A stretch of DNA of 64,000 nucleotides from an uncultured Ectothiorhodospiraceae bacterium (GCA_964342155.1 CAYFEQ010000002.1:35197-99196); one strand, 5' to 3'. Numbered from the stretch's first letter, positions 21,594 through 31,143 are shown. Notes: generated by a model from the sequence alone, not told the origin. Numbers and translations are program-made.

Positions 21594-22576
21594 AATTCTT
21601 GCTCTTTAGTAAGAACAATATCTTCTAATAAATCAATAAAGCTACTATCATCATTTAAACAGTTTATGAAATTATATTTTTTTCCATTTGCATCTAAAAA
21701 AATATCTTTTGCTTCTTCCCCAACCTCTTCCAAAGTTTCCAAACAATCTGATACAAATCCTGGACAAAAAATTTGTATATTCTTTATTCCCTCATCAGGT
21801 AGTTCTTTTAATCTTTCAGATAAATATGGTTTTAACCACTCAGACGTTCCTAATCGAGATTGGAAAACTACTTCATAACTTTTTTTCTGTAATTTTAATT
21901 TAGCAGCAATAAGTTCAGAAGTTTTATAACATTGTTCTTCATAAGGTTCATCGGGACCAATATAAGATTTTGGGATTCCATGGTAAGAAAATAATAACTT
22001 ATCAGGGCTCCCATTATTTTCTTGAAATTTTTTTATTTTATTTGATATAGCTTCTATATAAAGATTATGAGTATGGAAATTAGATAAAAATTTATTTTTT
22101 GGGAATACTTGTTTAAATTTATTAATTTTTTTATGTATAGATAAAGTTGTTGTAGTTGAATACTGTGGAAATAGAGGTATATAAATTATTTTTTTAAAAC
22201 CATTATTTTTTAATTTTTTAATTGCTGAATCAATTGAGGGCACTCCATATCTCATAGCTACTTCAATATGATATTTATTAGGATTATTTTCTTCCATTCT
22301 TTTTTGTAAAGATTTTGATTGGTCACAAGTATTAAATAATAATGGTGAACCTCTTTCGGTCCAAACCTGTTTATATAATTCTGCGCTTTTCTTAGATCTG
22401 AAAGGTAAAATGAAACTATATAAAATTGGCAACCAAATTAATCTCGGCAGCCGTATTACATCTTTATCCGAAAGAAACTCTTTTAAATATTCTCTAACTT
22501 CTTTTTCTTCCGGTTTCTCGGGTGTCCCAAGATTGATCAGAAGAACAGCTGTTCTTCCATTTAAATCATTTTTCAT
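21590..22576 (-). CDS. hemH: Ferrochelatase
   Basis: 328 aa; TAVLLINLGTPEKP N-terminus, conserved His/Glu core. Confidence 0.9.
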   Translation of the reverse strand: MKNDLNGRTAVLLINLGTPEKPEEKEVREYLKEFLSDKDVIRLPRLIWLPILYSFILPFRSKKSAELYKQVWTERGSPLLFNTCDQSKSLQKRMEENNPNKYHIEVAMRYGVPSIDSAIKKLKNNGFKKIIYIPLFPQYSTTTTLSIHKKINKFKQVFPKNKFLSNFHTHNLYIEAISNKIKKFQENNGSPDKLLFSYHGIPKSYIGPDEPYEEQCYKTSELIAAKLKLQKKSYEVVFQSRLGTSEWLKPYLSERLKELPDEGIKNIQIFCPGFVSDCLETLEEVGEEAKDIFLDANGKKYNFINCLNDDSSFIDLLEDIVLTKEQEF

Positions 22577-22595
22577 GAATAGATTTTAACCAATA

Positions 22596-23180
22596 TTAGC
22601 CTATTTTATATCTCTCAAAGATTGGGCTAGATTTAGGAATATGAGACATTAAGAATTCCATTTGATCTGCCAAAATTTTTCTACCTTTCAAAAGTATATA
22701 TTCCACTCTAGAAGGGATGAATGGAATTGCTATCAAGAGCATTTTAGCATCTTCGGGAGTCTTTCCACCTTTTGCATTGTTACATCTCCTACAAGCGGTC
22801 ACTACATTTGTCCATATATCCCTACCCCCATGGGATAAAGGAATAATATGGTCACGTGATAGCTCTTTTTTTACAAATTCGTTACCACAATACATGCAAT
22901 GATGATTATCTCTTTTAAACAAGGTCTCATTGTTTAGGGTTGGCGTAAATGAAGAATAATCAAATTTACCTACATTACGTGTAGCTACAATAGAGTTCAG
23001 TAAAATTTTGCTTTGTTGACTTGCTATCCTATTAAAACCACCACGTATTAGTAGCGAGGATGTCCCGCACTCATAAGAAACTTGGTCGTTACAGTATAAC
23101 CTAACGGCATCTTGATAATTAATCCATCCCGTAGGCCTACCTGCGGAATTAAGCCGTAATATTTGCTGTTGAGTAATCAT
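22596..23180 (-). CDS. Stand-alone HNH endonuclease (McrA-like nuclease domain)
   Basis: 194 aa; HHCMYCG...DHIIPLSHGG...N...CRRCNNAKG classic HNH/zinc-finger nuclease motif in the C-terminal half; N-terminal ~90 aa uncharacterised; noticeably GC-richer than neighbours. Confidence 0.75.
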   Translation of the reverse strand: MITQQQILRLNSAGRPTGWINYQDAVRLYCNDQVSYECGTSSLLIRGGFNRIASQQSKILLNSIVATRNVGKFDYSSFTPTLNNETLFKRDNHHCMYCGNEFVKKELSRDHIIPLSHGGRDIWTNVVTACRRCNNAKGGKTPEDAKMLLIAIPFIPSRVEYILLKGRKILADQMEFLMSHIPKSSPIFERYKIG

Positions 23181-23501
23181 AAACTTAGATTATAGCGATT
23201 CAAATCAACATAACAACTTACTATTGCAGGCAATTGCGTCAGCAAAATGAAGAATTAATAAAATTTTTATAGATTCTTGAGTGGGTTTTGCTTAAAAATG
23301 GGGCAAATTCTTAAAAAAACCTAGGTTTATTAACATTTTTTTTTAGCTGCAATAAAACATTGCTTTAAATTCAAATATGAAGAATAGGGAAAATATTTAC
23401 TCTATAACTAATTGAAATATATACAATTTTTAAAATTGATTATAAATTGAACAATCCAAACAACTCTAGTAGTCAGAATAGACATTGACAAAAAGTCTCT
23501 A

Positions 23502-23536
23502 GTTATCCACAATTTTTTCCACAAAATCTGTGGATA
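23502..23536. promoter_or_regulatory. Inverted pair of consensus DnaA boxes (TTATCCACA ... TGTGGATAA) with a third near-match (TTTTCCACA) between them
   Basis: Exact 9-mers at 23502-23510 (+) and 23528-23536 (reverse complement); near-match at 23514-23522; about 60-90 bp upstream of priA and in the divergent promoter region shared with the HNH gene. Confidence 0.4.
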
Positions 23537-23594
23537 ATTTATTTACAATCAAATTTTCAACAATAGGAAATATTGCTTCTAAATGTATAATTAA

Positions 23595-25778
23595 ATGATG
23601 TCTTATTCAGTCAAAGTTGCCTTAAATTTACCGATATATCATACATTTGATTACATACTACCTGAGAGTACAAATCGAGCGATTCCAGGCATTAGAGTCG
23701 AAGTACCATTTGGACAAAAAAAAATGACCGGCATCATAGTCTCCGCTGATAATCAGCCATTTGATGCTAGCGCAAAGACAAAATATAAACTAAAAAAGAT
23801 CTCTAATCAGATTGATGAAAACCCAATAATTGGAAAAGATATAATGGATATATGTATTTGGGGCTCCAATTATTATCAACATCCGATTGGGCAAGTATTA
23901 TTTAGCTCATTACCATCTATGCTTCGTAAAGGACAGGTCATAGATGAGTATAAATTTAAAAAATACTTATATTCAATAGATACTAGGACAAATATAAATG
24001 AACTTAATAATAAACCTGCGCAAAAAAAATTGTACCAATTTATTAAGAGTAAAAAAAATGTATCTATAGAAGATTTAAAAGGAGTTTCTAATGATTTGAA
24101 TATTTTCAAAAAACTAAATGAAAAGGGGTTTATTAATAAATTCGAATATACAAAAGAAAATAATAATAATCAACTTAAAATAAATCTTAGCTCAGAACAA
24201 TCAAATATTTTTGAAAATATAAAATCAGACTTAAATTCATTTAATAGTTTTCTAATAGAAGGGGTAACTGGTAGTGGTAAAACAGAATTATACATAAAAA
24301 TATCTGATTTTATAGCTTCAAAAAAAGGTCAAATACTAATAGTTGTTCCAGAAATAAATCTTACCCCTCAAACTTTAAATAGATTTAAAAAATATTTGAA
24401 ATTCAATGTGGATAGCTATCACTCATCATTAACAGAAAGTGAAAAACTGAAAATATGGCTAAATACTAAAAATGGAAATCTTGATATTATAATAGGGACA
24501 AGATCATCAGTCTTTCTCCCATTTAAAAATTTAAAAACAATAATAATAGATGAGGAACATGATTTATCTTTAAAACAACAAGAAAAATTTAAATATCATG
24601 CCCGTGATTTATCTATTATGAGGGCGAAAAATAGTAATGTACCAATAATACTTGGAAGCGCTACCCCATCATTTGAAAGTTTATATAATTGTGAGAATAA
24701 AAAGTATAAACATTTAGAATTGAGAAAAAGGTTTTTTTCAACATCTTTGCCAAAGATTTTACTCGTTGATTTAAATAAAGATACTCCTGATGAAGGCTTA
24801 TCATCAGAACTAGTTAAACAGATCCATCAACAAATTAAAAATAAAGAGCAAACATTATTGTTTATAGGAAGAAGAGGCTTTAGTCATACTCTCCTCTGTA
24901 AGAAATGTGGTTGGGTTTCTAAATGTGATAAATGTGATTCCTATATGGCATATCATTCGAATGATAAAAAATTGTGGTGTCATCACTGTGGTTTTAAAAA
25001 AGATTATAATAATTCTAACAATTGCTGCAATGAGAGTGAATTAATTCCTCTAGGATTTGGTACGGAAAGAATTGAAGCAAAATTAAAATCTCTATTTCCA
25101 TCATCAAAAATATTAAGAATTGACAGTGATAATATAAATACTACAGAAAAATTAAATGGCTTTATTAAAAAAGCAAAAGATGGATCAATAGATATACTAA
25201 TTGGAACCCAAATGCTTGTAAAAGGACATGATTTTCCAAATGTTTCACTTGTTGGAATTATAGACATAGATTCTGGTCTACATAGTATTGATTTTCGTGG
25301 CCTTGAAAGAACAGCTCAACTAATGATTCAAGTTTCCGGAAGGTCAGGCAGACATAAAAAACAAGGAAGGGTCATTATACAAACCAGAAAACCAAATCAC
25401 CCACTTATTTTAGAACTATTAAAAAACGGTTATAGAAGTTTTTCAAAAAAAGCATTATTAGAGAGAAAAAATACATACTTGCCACCATACAGCTATATAG
25501 CCCTACTTAAAATTGGATCTTACAAAAGAAATATTTGTTTAACATTCTTGCAAAAAATAAAAAATATTTTTGATACACATAAAAATATATATATTTTTGG
25601 CCCTATTCCTTCTCCAATGGCGAAAAAAAATAATATGTACTATTTTCAACTAATAATAAAATCCTCATACAGAAAACTTTTACTACAAAAATCTCAAGAA
25701 ATAAGAGAATATATAGTAGAAAAGAAAATTAATAATGTAAGATGGTCTCTTGACATTGATCCTCTAGATTTATATTAA
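23595..25778 (+). CDS. priA: Primosomal protein N' (replication restart helicase)
   Basis: 727 aa; Walker A GVTGSGKTE, DEEH, cysteine-rich zinc-binding insert (CxxC...CxxC...CxxC), C-terminal domain. Confidence 0.9.
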   Translation: MMSYSVKVALNLPIYHTFDYILPESTNRAIPGIRVEVPFGQKKMTGIIVSADNQPFDASAKTKYKLKKISNQIDENPIIGKDIMDICIWGSNYYQHPIGQVLFSSLPSMLRKGQVIDEYKFKKYLYSIDTRTNINELNNKPAQKKLYQFIKSKKNVSIEDLKGVSNDLNIFKKLNEKGFINKFEYTKENNNNQLKINLSSEQSNIFENIKSDLNSFNSFLIEGVTGSGKTELYIKISDFIASKKGQILIVVPEINLTPQTLNRFKKYLKFNVDSYHSSLTESEKLKIWLNTKNGNLDIIIGTRSSVFLPFKNLKTIIIDEEHDLSLKQQEKFKYHARDLSIMRAKNSNVPIILGSATPSFESLYNCENKKYKHLELRKRFFSTSLPKILLVDLNKDTPDEGLSSELVKQIHQQIKNKEQTLLFIGRRGFSHTLLCKKCGWVSKCDKCDSYMAYHSNDKKLWCHHCGFKKDYNNSNNCCNESELIPLGFGTERIEAKLKSLFPSSKILRIDSDNINTTEKLNGFIKKAKDGSIDILIGTQMLVKGHDFPNVSLVGIIDIDSGLHSIDFRGLERTAQLMIQVSGRSGRHKKQGRVIIQTRKPNHPLILELLKNGYRSFSKKALLERKNTYLPPYSYIALLKIGSYKRNICLTFLQKIKNIFDTHKNIYIFGPIPSPMAKKNNMYYFQLIIKSSYRKLLLQKSQEIREYIVEKKINNVRWSLDIDPLDLY

Positions 25779-25794
25779 AAAGGTTTATACTAAT

Positions 25795-27402
25795 TTGAAA
25801 AATAAAATAAAAAATCTGTTAATAGAAGCTCTGGAAAAAAATTTTGCAAAAGAAGAATTAATTAAATTAGTTGAAGTACAGCAAGCTACAGCCAAACATA
25901 TTAAAGCAGACTATTTTTCTAATATAGCTATGAAATTATCTAAGGTCCTCAAGAAAGACCCTATGGAGATAGCAAAAGATATACTTAAAGATATAAAAGA
26001 AAATGATTTATGCGCTTATGATATTGCAAGACCTGGATACATTAATTTTATCATTAAAGATATTAAGAAGAACAATATAGTTTTAGAAATACTAAAAAAT
26101 AAGAATCCGATTGATTCAATCAAGTCAAAATCTCCAAAAAAAATTCATTTAGAATTTGTTTCGGCTAATCCTACAGGGCCATTACATATAGGTCATGGAA
26201 GAGGAGCTATTTATGGAAATATAATTGCTAAATTTCTAAGATTACAAGGGCATGATGTTCACACAGAATATTATATTAATGATGTAGGCAAACAAATGGA
26301 TTTATTATTTCATAGTATTTTTAAAAAGAACTTTGCAGATAATACTTCAGATGAAGATCTTTATAAAGGTGAATATATCAATGATATTGCAAAAAAATTA
26401 GAAGATAAATATCCAGAATTCAAAAACGTATCAAAACCTATTAAAGATCCAGAAAAGAGAAAATGGATTAAAGTGATTTGTAATTATATGATTGAGAATT
26501 ATATTAAAAAAGATTTCGAGCAACTGGGTATATCATTTGATAACTGGTTTTATGAAAATAGTTTATTTGAAAATAAAAGTGTTGAAAAAATTTTAAAAAA
26601 ACTTGATGGATCTGGACATACTAAAAAACATGAAGGTGCATTGATGTTGAAAGCGGATGAGCTGAGACCCCTTATAAAGTCAAATGGAGATTATACCTAT
26701 CTTTCGTCCGATTTAGCGTATCATGATTATAAATTATCAGAATTTGATTTGGTGATTAATATTTGGGGAGCAGATCACCACGGTTATGTGCCAAGGATAA
26801 GACTGGGAATGGAAGCACTTGGTCATAATGTTAAAAAACTTGATATTCACCTTATTCAATTTGCAAATTTATATCGTGGAAAAGAAAAAATATCTATGTC
26901 AACGAGAAAAGGTGAGTTTGTTATGCTAAAAACTCTTATTGATGAAATTGGAAATGATGCAATAAATTTTTTCTATCTAACTAAAAAAAAGGATCAGCAT
27001 CTAGATTTTGATCTAAATTTAGCTATTTCTGAAGATAAAAATAATCCTGTTTATTATATTCAATATGCACACGCGAGAATAGAAAAATTATTAAATGAAG
27101 CTGGGGACTATATGAATCATGATTACAATCCAGATGGCTTTGAAGATAATTTAGAGAAAAACCTCATTGATTCAATGAACACTTTTGGAGAAATCTGCGA
27201 AAAATCAATTACAAATTTAGAACCTCATCTGATGACACATTATCTACAGAAATTAGCACAAGATTTTCATAGTTATTACGCAAACGTAAAACTGCTAACA
27301 AAAAATATTGATTATAGTAAAATATATCTTATTGCTGCGGTTCAAAAGGTTTTAAAATGTGGATTAGAATTACTCAATATAAATGCGCCTAAACAAATGT
27401 AA
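25795..27402 (+). CDS. argS: Arginine--tRNA ligase
   Basis: 535 aa; class I HIGH (PTGPLHIGHGRGA), KMSK-like MSTRKG; TTG start in ORF track. Confidence 0.9.
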   Translation: MKNKIKNLLIEALEKNFAKEELIKLVEVQQATAKHIKADYFSNIAMKLSKVLKKDPMEIAKDILKDIKENDLCAYDIARPGYINFIIKDIKKNNIVLEILKNKNPIDSIKSKSPKKIHLEFVSANPTGPLHIGHGRGAIYGNIIAKFLRLQGHDVHTEYYINDVGKQMDLLFHSIFKKNFADNTSDEDLYKGEYINDIAKKLEDKYPEFKNVSKPIKDPEKRKWIKVICNYMIENYIKKDFEQLGISFDNWFYENSLFENKSVEKILKKLDGSGHTKKHEGALMLKADELRPLIKSNGDYTYLSSDLAYHDYKLSEFDLVINIWGADHHGYVPRIRLGMEALGHNVKKLDIHLIQFANLYRGKEKISMSTRKGEFVMLKTLIDEIGNDAINFFYLTKKKDQHLDFDLNLAISEDKNNPVYYIQYAHARIEKLLNEAGDYMNHDYNPDGFEDNLEKNLIDSMNTFGEICEKSITNLEPHLMTHYLQKLAQDFHSYYANVKLLTKNIDYSKIYLIAAVQKVLKCGLELLNINAPKQM

Positions 27403-28250
27403 TGCAAAATAAGATTGCCATAGTTTATGATTTTGATGGGACATTAACGCCTAAAACAATGCAAGAATATACTATCATTCCAAAACTTGGGATTAAATCA
27501 AAGAGTTTTTGGAACTCAATTCAAAGAGAGTCTAATTCAACAGGTGGAGAATTAATGATGGTTTATATGAGACACTTGTTGGATGAAGCGAATGAAAGAA
27601 ATATCAAAATCTCAAAAAATACATTTCAAAAAATGGGTAAAGATATTATCTACTATAATGGAGTGGAAAAATGGTTCTCTTTAATTAATAAATATATTCA
27701 AAATCTATCTAAAGATGTTCAAATTTTTCATTACATTATTTCTGCTGGTCATTCAGAAATATTAAATGGCGTTTCTATAAAAAAACACATAAAAAAAATC
27801 TTCGCTTCTGAATATTTTTATGATCGTAAAGGGCATGCAATTTTCCCTAAAATTGTAGTTACTGATACCACTAAAACACAATATTTATTTAGAATTAATA
27901 AAGGAAAAGAGGTTTTATCAAAAAGTATTAATACTCATATGCCAGAAAATAAACGCCCTATACCCTTTCATAATATGATTTATATAGGGGATGGAATGAC
28001 AGATGTCCCTAGTATGGCATTAATCAAAAAAGAAGGTGGTCATTCAATTGCGGTCTTCCAAAAATCACAAAAAAAACAGATTAAAATTTGTAAACAACTT
28101 CTCAATGCTAAAAGAGTTGATTTTATTGCTCAAGCTAATTATTCAAGAAATAGTGAATTATTCAAGAGAACTTGTTTATTATTAGATTATATAGTCTCTA
28201 AAATTAAATATAATTTTGAATTAGAAAAATGTAGAAAAACAAAAGTATAA
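27402..28250 (+). CDS. HAD-superfamily hydrolase (subfamily IB-like phosphatase)
   Basis: 282 aa; motif I IVYDFDGTLT, motif IV IYIGDGMTDVPSMA; start overlaps argS stop (TAATG). Confidence 0.6.
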   Translation: MQNKIAIVYDFDGTLTPKTMQEYTIIPKLGIKSKSFWNSIQRESNSTGGELMMVYMRHLLDEANERNIKISKNTFQKMGKDIIYYNGVEKWFSLINKYIQNLSKDVQIFHYIISAGHSEILNGVSIKKHIKKIFASEYFYDRKGHAIFPKIVVTDTTKTQYLFRINKGKEVLSKSINTHMPENKRPIPFHNMIYIGDGMTDVPSMALIKKEGGHSIAVFQKSQKKQIKICKQLLNAKRVDFIAQANYSRNSELFKRTCLLLDYIVSKIKYNFELEKCRKTKV

Positions 28251-28251
28251 T

Positions 28252-28635
28252 CTAATCTTGATCAACTAACGTCAAATCATTTTCTCTATCTAAAAATTTG
28301 TATTGTAGTTTTACCACATCAAATGAGTCTTTAAAAAAATCAAGGACCAAGTTTATTTTTATATCTTTACAGCTATATATATCAAGTTGAAATAGGCCTG
28401 GTATCTTTTCATCCCAAATATGTAATACAATATGGCTAGTTTCAATAAGGGCCATACATGTAATTCCACGGTTACCTTTCTGATCAATATAGGAAATTGA
28501 TGGGGCATGCATAAGTCTCATATTAATTTTTTTAATTAAATCTTCCATCCAAACAAGAATTTTATGCATATCTTCTTTAGATGGTGTATTTGAAACTTCA
28601 GCTCTTACAATTAGATGTTTATGTTTTACATTCAT
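28252..28635 (-). CDS. speD: S-adenosylmethionine decarboxylase proenzyme, small (SpeH-like, class 1A) form
   Basis: 127 aa; KHLIVRAEV N-terminus and LIETSHIVLHIWDE processing-site region resemble small pyruvoyl AdoMetDCs. Confidence 0.75.
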   Translation of the reverse strand: MNVKHKHLIVRAEVSNTPSKEDMHKILVWMEDLIKKINMRLMHAPSISYIDQKGNRGITCMALIETSHIVLHIWDEKIPGLFQLDIYSCKDIKINLVLDFFKDSFDVVKLQYKFLDRENDLTLVDQD

Positions 28636-28648
28636 TAGATATTATTTT

Positions 28649-29407
28649 TTGACAGAATATCATATTATAGGTTTTATGAAAAAAAGAATAGTCTCGGAAT
28701 ACAATAAAGATACAAAAACAGCATTTTCTATAACCATTAATAAAAAATTAGTAAATAGGAAGTCTGAATATCAAAAAATTGAAATATATGAATCTCATAA
28801 GTTTGGAAATGTTCTTTTACTTGATGGATGCTTTATGTTTACAGAGAAAGACCATCATTATTATCATAATAAATGCTTCGATCTAATAAGCCAAAAAAAT
28901 AATAGGAAAGAGATTCTTATTATCGGAGGAGGAGATTTTGGTTTAATAAAAAAACTAAGTACCATGAATTCAATAAAGTCTATTAATTTAGTTGAAATTG
29001 ACCGAATGGTCTTAGATTTGTGCAAAAAATATTTTCCTCAATTCTTTAAGATTAAAAAAGAATTTTTAAATAAAATAAAAATTTCTTTTAATGATGGTTA
29101 TCTTTGGGTTAAGAATACCGACAAAAAGTTTGATTTAATAATAGTTGATAATACTGACCCCGTTGGTGTCTCAAAAAAATTATTTACAAGAAATTTTTAT
29201 AAATATATCTACAGAGCCCTTAATATAAATGGTATTTATATACAGCAAAGTGGATCGCCTATCATACATGAAAAAAAAACTATTCAACCGATGGTTAAAA
29301 TTTTAAATGAAGTTAAGTTTAAAAATATTACTATCAATCCTTTTTTAATGCCATCCTATCCATCAGGTTTATGGTCTTTTATGAAATGTGAAAGGCGCAG
29401 CAACTAG
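28649..29407 (+). CDS. speE: Spermidine synthase (aminopropyltransferase)
   Basis: 252 aa; ILIIGGGDFG (GGGDGG-like) and DLIIVDNTDPVG motifs. Confidence 0.8.
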   Translation: MTEYHIIGFMKKRIVSEYNKDTKTAFSITINKKLVNRKSEYQKIEIYESHKFGNVLLLDGCFMFTEKDHHYYHNKCFDLISQKNNRKEILIIGGGDFGLIKKLSTMNSIKSINLVEIDRMVLDLCKKYFPQFFKIKKEFLNKIKISFNDGYLWVKNTDKKFDLIIVDNTDPVGVSKKLFTRNFYKYIYRALNINGIYIQQSGSPIIHEKKTIQPMVKILNEVKFKNITINPFLMPSYPSGLWSFMKCERRSN

Positions 29408-29432
29408 TAACAATTGAGGAGGTTGCTGCGCC
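29394..29432. terminator. GC-rich hairpin between convergent speE and amtB (candidate bidirectional intrinsic terminator)
   Basis: Perfect 11-bp stem GGCGCAGCAAC / GTTGCTGCGCC with 17-nt loop; left arm is the last 11 nt of speE; T-rich runs on both sides; unusually GC-rich for this genome. Confidence 0.45.
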
Positions 29433-29445
29433 ACTCTATCACTAT

Positions 29446-30735
29446 TTATTTTTTAGGATAGACAGATGGTCCTGGTTCAACAGATTTACTGAATTCTGGA
29501 TAGGCTTGTAATCCACATTCAGAAATATCTACACCTTCACTTTCTTCATCCTCGCTCACCCTAAGGCCAATAGTCATTTTAATCATCATCCAAAATAGGT
29601 AGCTGACGATAAAAGTCCACAAGAAGATAACTATTATTCCAAATATTTGAGCACCTAATGTTCCAGTTGTCAGAGTAACTGCAAGTAGTCCCCAAATACC
29701 AGCTGTTCCATGAGCTGATATTGCTCCTACTGGATCATCAATTTTTAACTTATCTAATGTTATAATTGAAAATACAACGAGTATTCCTCCAACGATACCA
29801 ATTATGAGAGCTAACCCAGGTGTAGGGGCTAGAGGTTCGGCAGTGATTGATACAAGGCCTGCTATAGCACCATTTAAAGCCATAGTTAAATCTGATCTAC
29901 CAAATAATAATTTTGATAATATCAAAGACCCCATAACTCCACCAGCAGCAGCTAAATTAGTATTAACAAAAATCATAGAAACAGCATTTGCTTCTACAAC
30001 ATTAGAAATAATTAATTCTGATCCGCCGTTGAAGCCAAACCAGCCAAGCCACAAAATAAAAGTACCGAGTGTAGCGAGTGGTAAATTTGCACCAGGCATA
30101 GCATTTACTTTTCCATCAGATGAATATTTTCCTTTTCTTGATCCAAGGACTAATACCCCTGCTAATGCTGCAGTTGCTCCACAAAGATGGACCACGCCTG
30201 ATCCAGCAAAGTCCGAAAAGCCGGCTGCATCTAGAAAACCGCCGCCCCATTTCCAATAACCCTGTATTGGGTAAATAAAGGCTGTCATTATTACGCAAAA
30301 CCAGAGAAAAGGCCAAAGCTTCATTCTCTCGGCAACTGCTCCAGAAATAATTGAACAGGCTGTTGCTACAAATACAACCTGGAAAAAATGATCAGATATT
30401 CCTGAATAATAAATATCGCCACCACTTGCTAGAACAGCTTCTGCAGTATGGTCGGCACCTAAGAAGAAAGTTAGTGCAGGAATGACGCCCGAACCTCCTC
30501 CATACATTAAGTTATAGCCTACAATCATGTACATAATACATGCAATAGAATATAAGGATATGTTTTTGGTTAGTATTTCCGTGGTATTTTTGGCTCTAAC
30601 AAGTCCAGATTCCAACATTGTAAATCCAGCAGCCATCCACATGACGAACGCTCCCATCACCAAAAAATAGAATGTATCTAGAGCGTAAGCCAATTCAACA
30701 GCACGAGCGGCTGTTGCAGCTATTTGTGGTTCCAT
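29446..30735 (-). CDS. amtB: Ammonium transporter
   Basis: 429 aa, 11-12 TM, Amt/Mep signature regions (GAVAERMK, HGTAGIWG-like HxxAG twin-His region). Confidence 0.9.
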   Translation of the reverse strand: MEPQIAATAARAVELAYALDTFYFLVMGAFVMWMAAGFTMLESGLVRAKNTTEILTKNISLYSIACIMYMIVGYNLMYGGGSGVIPALTFFLGADHTAEAVLASGGDIYYSGISDHFFQVVFVATACSIISGAVAERMKLWPFLWFCVIMTAFIYPIQGYWKWGGGFLDAAGFSDFAGSGVVHLCGATAALAGVLVLGSRKGKYSSDGKVNAMPGANLPLATLGTFILWLGWFGFNGGSELIISNVVEANAVSMIFVNTNLAAAGGVMGSLILSKLLFGRSDLTMALNGAIAGLVSITAEPLAPTPGLALIIGIVGGILVVFSIITLDKLKIDDPVGAISAHGTAGIWGLLAVTLTTGTLGAQIFGIIVIFLWTFIVSYLFWMMIKMTIGLRVSEDEESEGVDISECGLQAYPEFSKSVEPGPSVYPKK

Positions 30736-30767
30736 TAGGTTCTCCTAATTAATAATTAACTTATTAA

Positions 30768-31121
<354 letters not shown>

Positions 31122-31143
31122 CTATAAACTTAATAACCTTTCA

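Noticed and set aside
23502-23536. Chromosomal replication origin at the DnaA boxes
   Set aside because: There are only three boxes. There is no AT-rich 13-mer DUE array. Flanking genes (hemH, priA) are not typical oriC neighbours. It is more likely a regulatory site.
29804-30259. 151-aa + strand ORF (Pro/Ala-rich) inside amtB
   Set aside because: Shadow ORF on the antisense strand of a GC-richer, highly conserved AmtB coding region. Low-complexity translation, no start context.
29446-30735. Elevated GC of amtB as a sign of horizontal transfer
   Set aside because: The GC rise coincides with the Gly/Ala-rich conserved transmembrane core. Flanking N- and C-terminal codons are AT-rich like the host. 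glnK-amtB is in its canonical context. Composition is therefore attributed to amino-acid constraint.
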